Positions 23,429-36,755 of a DNA stretch of 42,966 nucleotides are shown here, one piece after another (the stretch's first letter is position 1; every line of letters starts with the position of its first letter). Under the pieces are notes generated by a model, which had not been told where the DNA came from, ran no database searches, and saw only the letters and a program-made list of their open reading frames with translations. This stretch comes from Octopus bimaculoides. Taxonomy: Eukaryota. Position numbers and translations under genes: made by a program. The DNA is taken from assembly GCF_001194135.2 (NCBI RefSeq), contig NC_068983.1, positions 110,420,958 through 110,463,923 on the forward strand, given 5' to 3'.

Positions 23429-24249
23429 CTAGTACGTAATAAAATAAGAGAACTTTTTATTTATTGATTTTCACTAAAGCAAACACCAACAGCTGAAAAT
23501 GAAGGATAAAAGACCGCTCACCAGGAACGTATGACCTACAAATATTTGAATGGTGGAATCTGACACCTGCACGTAATATTTGCACGCTTGAAGATTTATA
23601 TTTATAACTCTATGCAAAGAGGGTGAATTAAGTTTAGTTTGAAGAAGTAGTTTGTTTCTACATTTGTCAGTATCACCTGAAATCCTGGAAATTGCTTCCC
23701 AGTAGATCGAGTAAGATACTAATATAACAGAATTTAAGTTGTAAATTTAGTGTGATTTAACAATGGCACATATATGTCTAATTCGTTCAGTTGCTGACTT
23801 ACAACAGAGGATTTGCAAAATCGTTTGCAGTTCATACAGAAGAAAAAAAAACTTGTAACATTAGTGTTTGAATACTATGATCTGAGTTCACATCCCGGTT
23901 AAGTACTAAATTTCTTAACGTTTGTGCTAAATTTAAGACGGAACTCAAAATAAGCATATAGACGTGAATAATAAGCAAATCAACGTGAAATGAACTCCAA
24001 AGTTATTCGTGTCTTCACGTTTTATTTATATTTTTTACTAATGATTTTCTCATAGACATAATGTTTTACTAATTACAATTCTTTTCTGATCAAGGATTCT
24101 GTTAAGCAATTTTGAAATGAATATGACAAAAACTTGTAAAAAGTAAAGAGCACCAGGATACTTTAGCATCTCATAAACCAACGGCAGTTACCGAAGAGTA
24201 GGATGTCAAACACAGAACATGCACACGCATATATCTCATACTATATATT

Positions 24250-24291
<42 letters not shown>

Positions 24292-27200
24292 NNNNNNNNN
24301 NNNNNNNNNNNNNNNNNNNNNNNNNNNNNNNNNNNNNNNNNNNNNNNNNNNNNNNNNNNNNNNNNNNNNNNNNNNNNNNNNNNNNNNNNNNNNNNNNNNN
24401 NNNNNNNNNNNNNNNNNNNNNNNNNNNNNNNNNNNNNNNNNNNNNNNNNNNNNNNNNNNNNNNNNNNNNNNNNNNNNNNNNNNNNNNNNNNNNNNNNNNN
24501 NNNNNNNNNNNNNNNNNNNNNNNNNNNNNNNNNNNNNNNNNNNNNNNNNNNNNNNNNNNNNNNNNNNNNNNNNNNNNNNNNNNNNNNNNNNNNNNNNNNN
24601 NNNNNNNNNNNNNNNNNNNNNNNNNNNNNNNNNNNNNNNNNNNNNNNNNNNNNNNNNNNNNNNNNNNNNNNNNNNNNNNNNNNNNNNNNNNNNNNNNNNN
24701 NNNNNNNNNNNNNNNNNNNNNNNNNNNNNNNNNNNNNNNNNNNNNNNNNNNNNNNNNNNNNNNNNNNNNNNNNNNNNNNNNNNNNNNNNNNNNNNNNNNN
24801 NNNNNNNNNNNNNNNNNNNNNNNNNNNNNNNNNNNNNNNNNNNNNNNNNNNNNNNNNNNNNNNNNNNNNNNNNNNNNNNNNNNNNNNNNNNNNNNNNNNN
24901 NNNNNNNNNNNNNNNNNNNNNNNNNNNNNNNNNNNNNNNNNNNNNNNNNNNNNNNNNNNNNNNNNNNNNNNNNNNNNNATATGTGTGAGTGTGTGTGTAT
25001 ATGCGTGTGTATGTGTGTGTATAGGTTTGTACATATGTATATGTGTGTTTCTTTGTGTGTGTGCGTGTGTGTGTTTGTGTGTATATGCGCGCACGTGTGT
25101 ATATATATATATGTGCGTGCGTGTGATGGACTTCCATACAGTTTCTTTCTAACAAACCCACTTAGAAAACATGTGGTTGAGAAGCACACTTCATAACCAG
25201 ACAATGATGCTTAAACTATTCTATAGCATTTAGAAAATAATATTCCACCAAACTTTAATAGTATATTTTGGGTGGAAATTGAATATGTGAAAACATTCAA
25301 TAGCGCGAATATTTTCGCTGGATATTTCTATATGCTATCGATATTCAACTATTGTCCCGCTGATGAACTACACGGAATCACATTTATAACGCATCAAACG
25401 CAACTCTCTGTCGGACAATGCATGTTTGACACTTAAACGCGCCATATACAAGATACCACAAGCGTCAAAATACTAGATAACAAAATAATTGTTAATCATT
25501 CGATGCGACATTTAGGTATTGTTACAACTGTACTGCGCTGACAAGCATGAAAATATATATATTAAAATATTAACTGAAATGTGATGCAAATAAAACTGCA
25601 TACTTATGATGTTGCTGCTATATCAGCAACACTGCTACATCAATAAAGTAAACTATCCAGTAGTTTCCTGTCTGTGCTTAGTGAAGGTTACTAGAATTCC
25701 ATTGCATCCATTGAGAACAAATCAGATTGTTTCATTTCTTGTTGTCTATATTGTTGGTCAGCACCAAATATCCTTGTTCTAAACAATGCATGAGGGTATA
25801 ATATATGACATCAACTAAGTCACATTACAGTTTAACGCTTTATCTCACTTGGTGCACGGCGTGTTTCAAAGCGTCAATGAAGGAGCATTTGAACTCAACG
25901 TGCAAGGAGCCATAACAGATAAGATAAGGCATCGTATCTGCTGCTAAGTAATCATGCTAATTTAATTTTTCGGGCTTGTGTTTTATTAATTGAAGCTGAA
26001 AACATGAAAGGCAAGATGATCACGACTCGATGTTTGAATCTGCAGTGAAGACAGCTGAATGAAATACGAGAAGTTATTCTGTAACGTGATCTCTTAAAGC
26101 AGAAAATTCATCATCTATCTGACCGACACATGTATGTCTAAATGATGTAAATACGTAGTTGTATACATGTACATACATGTTTGTATGATAATATGGATTA
26201 TATATATATATATATATATNNNNNNNNNNNNNNNNNNNNNNNNNNNNNNNNNNNNNNNNNNNNNNNNNNNNNNNNNNNNNNNNNNNNNNNNNNNNNNNNN
26301 NNNNNNNNNNNNNNNNNNNNNNNNNNNNNNNNNNNNNNNNNNNNNNNNNNNNNNNNNNNNNNNNNNNNNNNNNNNNNNNNNNNNNNNNNNNNNNNNNNNN
26401 NNNNNNNNNNNNNNNNNNNNNNNNNNNNNNNNNNNNNNNNNNNNNNNNNNNNNNNNNNNNNNNNNNNNNNNNNNNNNNNNNNNNNNNNNNNNNNNNNNNN
26501 NNNNNNNNNNNNNNNNNNNNNNNNNNNNNNNNNNNNNNNNNNNNNNNNNNNNNNNNNNNNNNNNNNNNNNNNNNNNNNNNNNNNNNNNNNNNNNNNNNNN
26601 NNNNNNNNNNNNNNNNNNNNNNNNNNNNNNNNNNNNNNNNNNNNNNNNNNNNNNNNNNNNNNNNNNNNNNNNNNNNNNNNNNNNNNNNNNNNNNNNNNNN
26701 NNNNNNNNNNNNNNNNNNNNNNNNNNNNNNNNNNNNNNNNNNNNNNNNNNNNNNNNNNNNNNNNNNNNNNNNNNNNNNNNNNNNNNNNNNNNNNNNNNNN
26801 NNNNNNNNNNNNNNNNNNNNNNNNNNNNNNNNNNNNNNNNNNNNNNNNNNNNNNNNNNTATGTATGTATGTATGTGTGTGTGTGTGAGTGTGTGTATGTG
26901 TGTGTGTGTGTGTGTGTGTGCGTGTGTGTACTAACTATTCATTATTAAGCTGTGTTATTATTTCCAGTGAGAGAGTGACCATTGCTTTTGAACTCATAAT
27001 GTGCTAAGATGAATAGGCGAATCTTCAGACACATATGGCCGATGGCATATAACGTTTTTCATTAAATGAAGACAGAAAACGCCAAGGTTATAGTAAATGA
27101 AACCTATGTATGAATAAACACAATGTTCGCGCTTTGTTCACCATATGCAACTCTGGAATCACTTCCCTACATCGTCTTCGCCTGTGATTATATTCTTGTG

Positions 27201-27743
27201 TTGCCTGTGTTGTTTTAGTTTTTTAATCCACATCTGGAGTGTTCTAAGCTTGTAGGAGGGCACTGGCTAAGAATTTCTTTGTTAGGAGTTTAAAAATATC
27301 GCCGGGTCATGTATGCATTCGTATTTGTGCGTGCCCACACAGAAATAAATTGCACCACACATACATACAGCAGTATATCTCATACAAAACATGGCGTATA
27401 TATTCCATCCTGGACAGAACGCCAGTCACGTAGAAATACGCATTTTTACCATCTGAGTGGACTAGTGCAACATGCAATGAAGTGTTTTGCTCAAGACCAC
27501 AACGCATCACCTAGTGCAGGAATAGAAACCAAAATCTTACGATCATGCGTTCAACACGTTAACAACTTAATCTCGCGCCACCAGGCTCGTTGAAGCGGTT
27601 ACAATTGATGCCAAAAACGATGCATGTACTCATCTACACAGAGAATACGTCTGTAACTGAAATAAATTTAACTTCATATATACATCGGTTCATCTGTCTG
27701 CCTGTCTATCTATCTAAATGTATAATCTATCTATATATGTATG

Positions 27744-27745
<2 letters not shown>

Positions 27746-27842
<97 letters not shown>

Positions 27843-27843
27843 G

Positions 27844-27876
<33 letters not shown>

Positions 27877-27920
27877 TTGTGTGTATGTGTGTGTGTGTTT
27901 ATGTGTATGTGTGTGTGTAT
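27746..27920. repeat. (CT)n(TA)n(TG)n compound microsatellite
   Basis: Seen directly. Confidence 0.97.
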
Positions 27921-28140
27921 GGATAAAGATAGATATGGACGGTCTAAGGGTTTACACTGGATTTCACGTCCATAAAGTGCTTAGCATTACAGCGTTTCTT
28001 CAGACCTTAAAACGTCACTTGTGAGAGAGGTCTTAAGAAACGCCCTAAAGTTAGTGTAAGACCGGCTATATAGTTCTTTATCCATTTACTCTAATGCTCA
28101 ATAATGTGGAGTATGCTTCTCTTTCGAATCTATAATTCAC

Positions 28141-28174
<34 letters not shown>

Positions 28175-29884
28175 CGGTGTGCGTGTGTTATATATACATA
28201 TATGTTATATGGAGTTGCAATGTTCCAATGCCTAGGGCAGCGAACTCGCAAACATAGCGTACACTTTATAAGGTAGTGGCAATTTATATTTATCGAGAAG
28301 AGGTAACTTAGGGCATATTTAGTCACTGATAAAATGAGATAAATATGAAATTGCTGGGAGAAAATACAAACAAATGTCCTGTTTCGATACATTGTTGATA
28401 GCGACTTCTGTTGTTTTATTGTTTTACAACTTACTGTGATAATATGGTCTAATCAGTTATACCTATTAAATATATATGGGTAGATTGATTCATTAAATGT
28501 TAGGAGATTAGTTAATCAATATAGTCTAGCAACACTGACAGTATAAAGTGAGTCATAATCAATTAATGTGACATTCTTTTGCAAACGTCAGCTAAGTATA
28601 ACTTTTATTGATAGTATACATGCATTAGTACATATACGCGACAGACGACAATGAAGGAGATGTCCGAAAAATGCCACTAAGTTGTTATTTACGTAAGCCA
28701 TAGTGACGAAATTGGAATTTTGTTTTTACAAAACAAAACGATGAAAGGATAGAGGACAAGATTTCTCATAGAATAGGAGAATACTTATAGGAAAATCCTA
28801 TCAAAACCTCATTAAAATGCAAGTGTAAGAGGGTAGACATAACAGGGCAGAAAAAAGTATACCCATTTGAGGAAATCATTTGCTCAGCAAGTGTCCCCTA
28901 CGCCAGTCTAGGAGAACTGAGATTCACAAACCGAGACAAAAGCAATCTACTTGGTGGTGGATCGCCACCTTTCGATGATGCCGTTTTAGTTGTTCATTCC
29001 ACTAGATGCGTTCTGTCACGATTTGGAACCTTTGTAACAAACTAAAATTTATCGAATATGAGGTAGTACAAATGAATGTCGCTGGCAATCCGTCGACCTT
29101 TCTAGCAAGTCGTGTGAACTTCGAGATTTTGGATCGTCAGCTGACTTTTGCTACATTTGATATGATTAGAGGAAACCAATAAGGATAATAAATAAACAAA
29201 ATATTAGCTCCACTATAAGTTTGTGCCACTCTTACTCATGCTCCCCCTTCTTTACCACCACAGTAAATCATAATAAACAGCAAAAATCCCAAAATCACAA
29301 ACATTATTCTCAGTGTGAAGTGGTGGTAGTCTACAACATGTGCCAAACATTATCTTTAATATTTCTGGTATCTACATTGTGAAATAGGTAAATAATTTGA
29401 CTCCCTGCGTTAGAACAATACTACATAGCCATTCTTATAGCACTCCCATCCCTAGTATTTTCACATAAACATAAAAAATACAAAATTATTAACTGGTACC
29501 TTAGCGCTAAGCATTAAGATGTTATGCACACCATCGATAGTAAACGAAAACGAACCTCAACTGTACGATAAGAACTAGTCTAAGTTACCTCTTGCTTCTG
29601 TCCCCACTCCTCAAATCTCTGGAGATGGGCAGCATTAATATATTTACGGTGTCAGCTGTTCGACCGATTATCTATGTGCCGAAGATCCAGTTTATCAAGG
29701 GTGAGCCGAAGCTGGATAACAACAACCGATATCTTAATAGTTAAAACGATTGGACAAACGGAGTTTGTTGTAGTAATGTCTCTATATCAGTGATCCCCTG
29801 TTCGACATTGACATACATTATTCTTGGTCTAATAGTTGCGTGAAACTTGCAATTTATGTAAGTCACATTGTTCCTGCCAGTATA

Positions 29885-30430
29885 CATGCCTAAAATGGCC
29901 AACAGGAAACTATAACTCCTGGAAGAAACTTCCAGCTGAGAATTTGACATGAAAATTCCTGCTAACAATGAAAAATGTCAGCAATTAGTCTGGGGAGTAA
30001 TTCGGAACAATGGGCAGAAGTAGTGGAGTGTGATAGAAAATAAACTCATATAAATATGTGTCCATATTGCAGAAAGGATTCTTCCAATCTTCTCCAATGG
30101 TGAAATGATTAAAGAAGGCCATTTATGGAAGATAGGACTCCGTGTCTCACGGCTAAAGAGACCCAAGTTTTGCTGGAAAAGAATGCATTAAAACTTCCAC
30201 GGCCAAACCAGTCACCAGATATGAAACCGATTGAACATATTTGGAGTATAATAGGCAGGACAATTCGTAAAAAGAATAAGAAAGCACCCTGAAAGCCAAA
30301 TCTTTTGAGATTACTGCATGAAAATGGGCAAGAAATTCCCCAACTGAATATACATCATCTGATCAGTAGCTTGATTTATAGAATCCTTGCATTGAAAAAT
30401 CCAAAGGGCATGTCTAGTAAATATTAAATA
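29885..30430 (+). pseudogene. Tc1 transposase relic, second segmental copy
   Basis: QSPDMKPIEHIWSII; collinear with 18105-18660. Confidence 0.82.
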
Positions 30431-30683
30431 TTCACATTATAATAATTATGAAATAAGTTGAATATATAATTTCAGAGTTAAATAAATTTTAATGATTATA
30501 AGTATGTCTATTTACTTCTGTCATATCTGTGTATATGCAGTTATATAAAAGTATATTGAAGCGAATGATTAGTAATGAACATATAAAAATGATAAAAACA
30601 TTATTCAAAACATCTGACCATGTCTTATCTAACTTGCAGCGATGAAGTAATGTAATGAAGAAAAGCTTAAGAGATCATCATAA

Positions 30684-30719
30684 CGTTTCTCGTTTCCTTT
30701 AAAGAAAACCTATATGTAC
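30684..30719 (-). pseudogene. Broken copy of the 48-nt exon, (G)TYRFSLKETRN; donor deleted
   Basis: Acceptor retained; the exon 3' end and gtaag donor are removed by a deletion relative to the other three copies. Confidence 0.5.
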
Positions 30720-32462
30720 CTAGTACGTAATAATAAAAAAAACAACTTCCTATATATTGATTTCCACTGACATAAACAACAACAGCTGAAATTGAAGGAT
30801 AAAAAACCGCTCAACACCTACGTTTGACCTACAAAGATTCATATATTGGAATCTAAACCCGCACGTAATATTTGCACGTTTGAAGGTTTATATTTATAAC
30901 TCTATGCAAAGAAGGTAAATTAATTTTAGTGTGAAAAAGTAGTCTGTTTTTACATTTGTATCACGTGAAATCCTTGAAATTGCTTTCCAGTGTATGAAAT
31001 TGCAAGCTTAGTGTGTTTAAACAATAGTACATACATGTCTAATTCATTCAGTTGTTAACTTACGGCTACGGCAGAGGATTTGCAAAATCGATTTTAGGTC
31101 AGACAACAGAAAAAAAATAATAAATAACTTGTGCAAAATTTAAGCCGGAACTCAAAATATTGTCAAGAGTAATAAAATTGCTTTCAAATCTCAGAAGAGA
31201 GTGAATTCATCCTTTGAGTTTAAGGTGTCGATGTAGCTGGATCGTTGGTACGCCGGGCAAAATGCGAAGCGGCATTTTGTCCGGCTTTACATTATGAGCT
31301 CAAATTCCACCGAGATCGACATTGCCTTTCATTCTTTCGGAGTGCCACAAAATGTGTATCTATGTGTGTGCGCGAGTGTGTATTGGTGTATGTGTGTTTG
31401 TGTGTGTGTGTGCCACTGTTGAAGTTGCTCGTGGAAGGTGTTTCTATATATATTGGCTTAGTGGTATAGAATATTTGAAAACTGTGAATAAGGTGCAAGT
31501 TCCGAGTACTTATCGGTAACTTCTTTATTCTCCTCGTCTTCCAATAGCAATTACCCAACTTTCTCGGCTCTTCTCACAGCTATCCCGCGTTCAAAACTTA
31601 TAAGGCTATGTAAAATAATTTTTCTCAATAAATAATGTTTTTACATTACGAATACATTAATAGAATAAACTATCGGTTTTTCAAGCAGTGAATTAAAACT
31701 TAAAAGAGAAAGTAAGAAACTTTGCAAATGAAAATTGAAAACCTCGCAGTGAATGCAATCAATATTTAAACCTGTGAAGAATTGGACTCAGTGAATGCAA
31801 TGAATATTTGAATTTGCGAGAAACTGGAGTTTAAAAAATTCAATAAGCCTAAGAAATGAATTTATAAAAATATTTCCAGACGGTCAAACCATTAATAATT
31901 GCTTTCTTTTACTACTTTTAGTTATTGTCACATACTTTACTTAATAAGCAGCTTTCTCCGTTATAGTATACATTTAATGAACTTATGTTTATGCAGGAAC
32001 AACGAGTAAAGCATTATAGATATACGGCAACTCTAACAGTAATTACAATAGAAATGCATATTTATTCAGAAGGAATTAAAATGTCGGATTTTTATTCAAC
32101 AAAATTCAGTTATTGATTGCAAGTTTTGGAACAGTATAAACAATTTTAAAAACAAAACATATAGCATGCCCTTTTGCACAAAAAGCTTTGGGAAATAAAC
32201 TTTTCGAATCAATTTAGTTTTTCAGTCCATAGCAATTACTCCATTTATGCATAGACATCCCACAGTTACATTCCACTTTACTAAAGAAATGTGACTTTGA
32301 GCCTAATTAAGGAATTCATAATTAGGTTACACAGTCAAAATGTTAATACCATTAATTAAATTTCTTATTGTGAGTAAAGTATATAATTATCAATAGAGAG
32401 AATTATATATTAGCTTATAGTCAGGCGATTCGGTAATTAACTAAGATACGCATATTATCAAA

Positions 32463-32512
32463 TCAAATAATAATGGCCTGTTTCACATTGTTACAATTAA
32501 TTCCACCCAGTT
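32463..32512 (-). pseudogene. Paralogue of the 50-nt terminal exon, (E)LGGINCNNVKQAIII*, acceptor AG lost
   Basis: Acceptor reads ttttattg instead of ...tag; frame and stop intact. Confidence 0.38.
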
Positions 32513-32657
32513 CAATAAAACGAAAGAATTGTAATAAACTTAATTGCTTTCCATTTACCTTATTCTTGAACATACCTATTTTTCATGAACTCCAATAAAA
32601 TGTGATTAAAACACTGTTCAAAATATATGACAATATTTTACCTTACTTGCAGTGATG

Positions 32658-33108
32658 GGGGTTACGAAAAAATGTGAAAAATGAAGAAATTGGAGGGGGA
32701 GGGGGGCAAAAATGTCTACCCGAAAATAGTAGCTGAAAAACCCTAACTTAACCCTAAAACCCTAACCCTGACCCTAAAACCCTAACCCTAAAACCCTAAA
32801 GCTAAAACCAATACAAAAGCACGAACGATGTCATAAATAACAGTGACAAAGTAAATTTACATCGCCAGAACGTCTTGTTGACAAACCACAGCAGCATTTG
32901 TTTTCACCTCAATAGACGTCATTGATTGGTTGAAATTACCGAAATACGACAACTTTAACACGAAATAACTTCGAACGTAAGGAATTTTCTTAAAAACGCC
33001 AAGAGTAAATGATGTTTTAAATGACACATTCTACCAGTATACGAAATTTGAAAGTGTATAGTTACAAAATATTATTTTTTCTGTGTGCCGGCCAAAAGGA
33101 AAGGATCC
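32658..33108. mobile_element. Related telomere-like-repeat non-autonomous element (single arm) with 8-bp TSD
   Basis: TSD CAGTGATG at 32650-32657 and 33109-33116. Degenerate (AACCCT) array 32738-32800. Shares GACGTCA[GT]TGATTGGTTGAAATTAC..AAATACGACAACTTTAACA and GACACATTCTACCAGT with 12140-12262. Absent from the paralogue near 23330. Confidence 0.8.
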
Positions 33109-33149
33109 CAGTGATGTAATCAAGAGATCATTATATAAGAAAATCTTAC

Positions 33150-33197
33150 CCTTATGGCAAATGCTTCTTGTTTCCTTCATTGAAAATGTATATTTTC
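33150..33197 (-). CDS. Candidate 48-nt exon, (G)KYTFSMKETRSICHK
   Basis: Paralogue of 18925-18972 with the same splice sites and length. Confidence 0.55.
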
Positions 33198-36189
33198 CTA
33201 GTACGTAATAAAACAAAAATACTTTCAACAGCTGAAAGTGAGAGATAAAAAACTGCTCACCTCCTACGTGTTGCCTACAAATATTTATATAGTAAAATCT
33301 AATACTTGTGCATAATATTTACACGTCTGAAGATTTATATTTATAATTTTAATCAAAGAAGGTAATTTAAGGTTATTTTGATGAAGTAGTTTGTTTCTAC
33401 ATTTGTCAGTAACACCTGAAATCCTGGAAATAGCTTCAGGGTGAATTGAGTAAACTACTAATATAACAGAATTTAAGTTGTAAGCATAGTATGTCTAAAC
33501 AATGGCACATACATGTCTAATTCGCTCAGTTGCGAACTGACGGCAGAAGATTTGCAAAATCGTTTGCAGGTCAGACAAAAGAAAAAAAAATAACTTGCAA
33601 CATTTAAGTTTGAATTCTATGATCTGAGTTCACATCCCGGTTAAGTTATAAATGACTCAAAGTTTGTGTTAAATGTAAGACATAACTCAAACTATGTTCA
33701 TGAGTAATGAGGTTGCTCTGGAATCTCAGAAGAGAGTGAATACGTCTCTTGAATTTAAGCGCCGAGCTAACAGGATCTTTGGCACGCCGGGCAAAATGCA
33801 AAGCGTATTTTGTCCGGCTTTTTGTTCTGAGTTCAAATTCCTCCGAGATCGACTTTGCCTTTCATTCTTTCGGGGTGGACAAATTAAGTACCAATCGAAC
33901 AGTGCTGTTGATGTACACTCCTCCAAATTGCTGGCCTTGTGCCGAAATAAGAAAAAATATGCATAATAGGATTCTAATGTAGTTGGTGATTGTAGAAAAA
34001 CATGTATATATTATTATGCCTACTATAATTCAGAGAGTAGTAGTGGAAAATAGTTGTTGTCAAGATATATCGGTGTTAGATAGTTATTTATAGCTAAAAG
34101 TGTTCATGCTGCATGTAGTCGACACCCATTTAGAATTAAATCCATTGAGATTTGTTAACTATGTTTTTTGTTGATATTGATAAATCAGTTAATGCCAGGC
34201 CCTTTTTTAAATGGAGCCATATATAAAAGGATATATCTTAGAGCTGCTAGTAAGAGAATGATTGATGAGGAAGTGGTGATAACTACTGCTACTCTAATTT
34301 CTAAATTACGGTAGGCACAATTAGATATGCATTTTTTCGAAAGTCATTCCGCCACAGATATAACATAAAGAAACATGGTAATTATTTTGGTTTCTGGGAT
34401 TGATATAAATTTGTTAAAAATGGCTTATCCTTTATAATGGAAATATATATGGCCATCTACGTCAGAGGAGAACGGTTTCTTTCTAACGGCCGTAATGTAT
34501 TGTCACCTGCTGGACCATTCCTGTTATTTACATATATATATATATATATATANNNNNNNNNNAGTTTTGTCTTTCATCTCTTGGGGATCGATAAAATAAG
34601 AACCAGTTAAGCACTGAGGCTAGGGAAACAGATTTAACCCTACTCTAAAACTTGCTGAACTTCCACCAAAATTTAAATCCATTATATATATATAAGCGGA
34701 GATGGTAATGGATAGCTATTTGTTTAATATTGAGGCTTCAGTTGGGTAATTAACAAAATTAGATGTTCCTACATTCCTTTTGAATCACAGTTACTATTTA
34801 GCAAATAAGTTTTTGTACAGTTTTCATCAACCCAAATTCGCAAAGCATGAAGCCGATCTTACGTATTAGAAATGACAACAAGCCCACGCACTCAGATCGA
34901 ACCAGGGACCTTATGAATGCTAAGCAATCTTCACAGCCATTCGAAGATACAGTGCCTATGTATATTTTGTCTCCGTATTTCATGTTGTTTACGTTTTCTG
35001 ACATCCTTGACCCATATATGCATATATATATATATTTGTGTGTGTATGTATATATATATATATGTGTATATTATCAATAATTATCAATAATTTTGAGGCG
35101 ACTCTACCCTGTACTGTTCTCTCTTTCCCCCTTGTGTTTTCTCTCTCTTCTCTTCTCTAATTCTTTTTTTCTCCCCGTCTCATTTCTTATTTTTCTCATC
35201 GTTCCTCTAATTCTTTTTGCGCGCCTTCACCGTTTTATATGTCTCTCACTCCCTCTTTCTCCTTTACTCTCTCTTGTTGCTCACAAGTGACCATCATTCA
35301 TCTTTGTTTGTACATTCATCGTACAGACCAGACTCATTCTAATCTGTCTTCTCTTCTATCTTTTCTCGTATCAAAGGCAATATTCCTCCAGCGTTCGCTA
35401 CGCTACCTCGTCTGGCCTAACGGCCATCCGTTTTTGTTTTCGTTTGGTTTGTTGTATGTTTCCACTGTCCTGTTTTTGTTACCATATTTGACTATCCGCA
35501 AATCCCAAATTTTACCTTGGTTCGCGGGAGCAACTGCCTTTCGAAGCCTCATATTGTCGTTAAATGCTCGAAATTTTGAGTAGATGGACAGTCCGACAAT
35601 CGAAGGGTCGTTCTTTAGGCTGCTTCTCTTATTTTCCGTTTGTTTCTCTCGTTTGCACACCTATCTTTGTCTTCGTATTTCATGTTGTCTACGCTTTGTG
35701 ACGTCCTGTACCCATATATGCATATATATATATATATANNNNNNNNNNNNNNNNNNNNNNNNNNNNNNNNNNNNNNNNNNNNNNNNNNNNNNNNNNNNNN
35801 NNNNNNNNNNNNNNNNNNNNNNNNNNNNNNNNNNNNNNNNNNNNNNNNNNNNNNNNNNNNNNNNNNNNNNNNNNNNNNNNNNNNNNNNNNNNNNNNNNNN
35901 NNNNNNNNNNNNNNNNNNNNNNNNNNNNNNNNNNTATATATACATATACAGAGGTATATATGCACATGTATGACTGCATAAGCATGTATATATATTACGC
36001 TGAAAGCAACATCTGTTGCTTTTTCGATATAATCACGCTGAGATTACTTTTGCAATTCTTATAGGACAATAAGCGTTAGCTTCTACGTTTTAATGTATTT
36101 TTTTGTTTCTTTGCATATCAGTTGTATCTACTATTGATGTTACCCATTTAAAATGAGTTTAGATGAAAGCCATATGAAATACTACATGC

Positions 36190-36755
36190 TCTCCAGAAAA
36201 AGACGCTGCATGAAATAATCGCTTTGCCTATGGAAGAGCCAATAATATTTTGGTATGTTTCATCCGGGAAGATATTCTCTTGTTGAGTCTGCTCGATCTG
36301 GAGAGATGCATTTTATCTATATTGCTGGTCTGAAGGCCCTAATTGAAGATAATCGAATGCAAGTAGTATGAAAACAGCAAACCATTTCAATTGAAGTCAT
36401 ATAAATCACCTTTAGGAATAAGTTGGTGTCTACACTTCTTCTGGGTTAATCGAAAATTGTTCTCTGCTCGATATTGAAGTGTAGACTTGTTATCGAACCT
36501 TTCCTGGGTAAGATCGTTGCAAGTGATGAACGAAAAGGGATTTTTCTTTAATTATATCCAACGAAAATGACAATGGCTATTAACCGCTGGAATACTGTGT
36601 ATTATAAAAAGTGTTTTAGCAAAACAAGAAATATTTAATGCAGAAGAGTACTGAAATCAGTTGGAAGCATTGCAGAAAAAAATTGCATAATCTGTGTACA
36701 TCATTGGTCAATGTTTAAAGGATGTTACACTTACATGATAATGCAAAACTAAACA
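36190..36755 (+). pseudogene. Old mariner transposase relic (copy 2, duplicated with the segmental unit)
   Basis: Collinear with 3640-4240, e.g. gttgcaagtgatgaa and ttacatgataatgcaaaact. Confidence 0.72.

Larger units (their letters stand above)
14190..23950. repeat. Segmental duplication, blocks C-D-Tc1-E-F-E' (paralogue 26940-33975)
   Basis: Collinear similarity throughout. The MULE is unique to this copy; the 451-bp MITE is unique to the other. Confidence 0.92.
26940..33975. repeat. Segmental duplication, second copy of C-D-Tc1-E-F-E'
   Basis: Collinear with 14190-23950. Confidence 0.92.
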
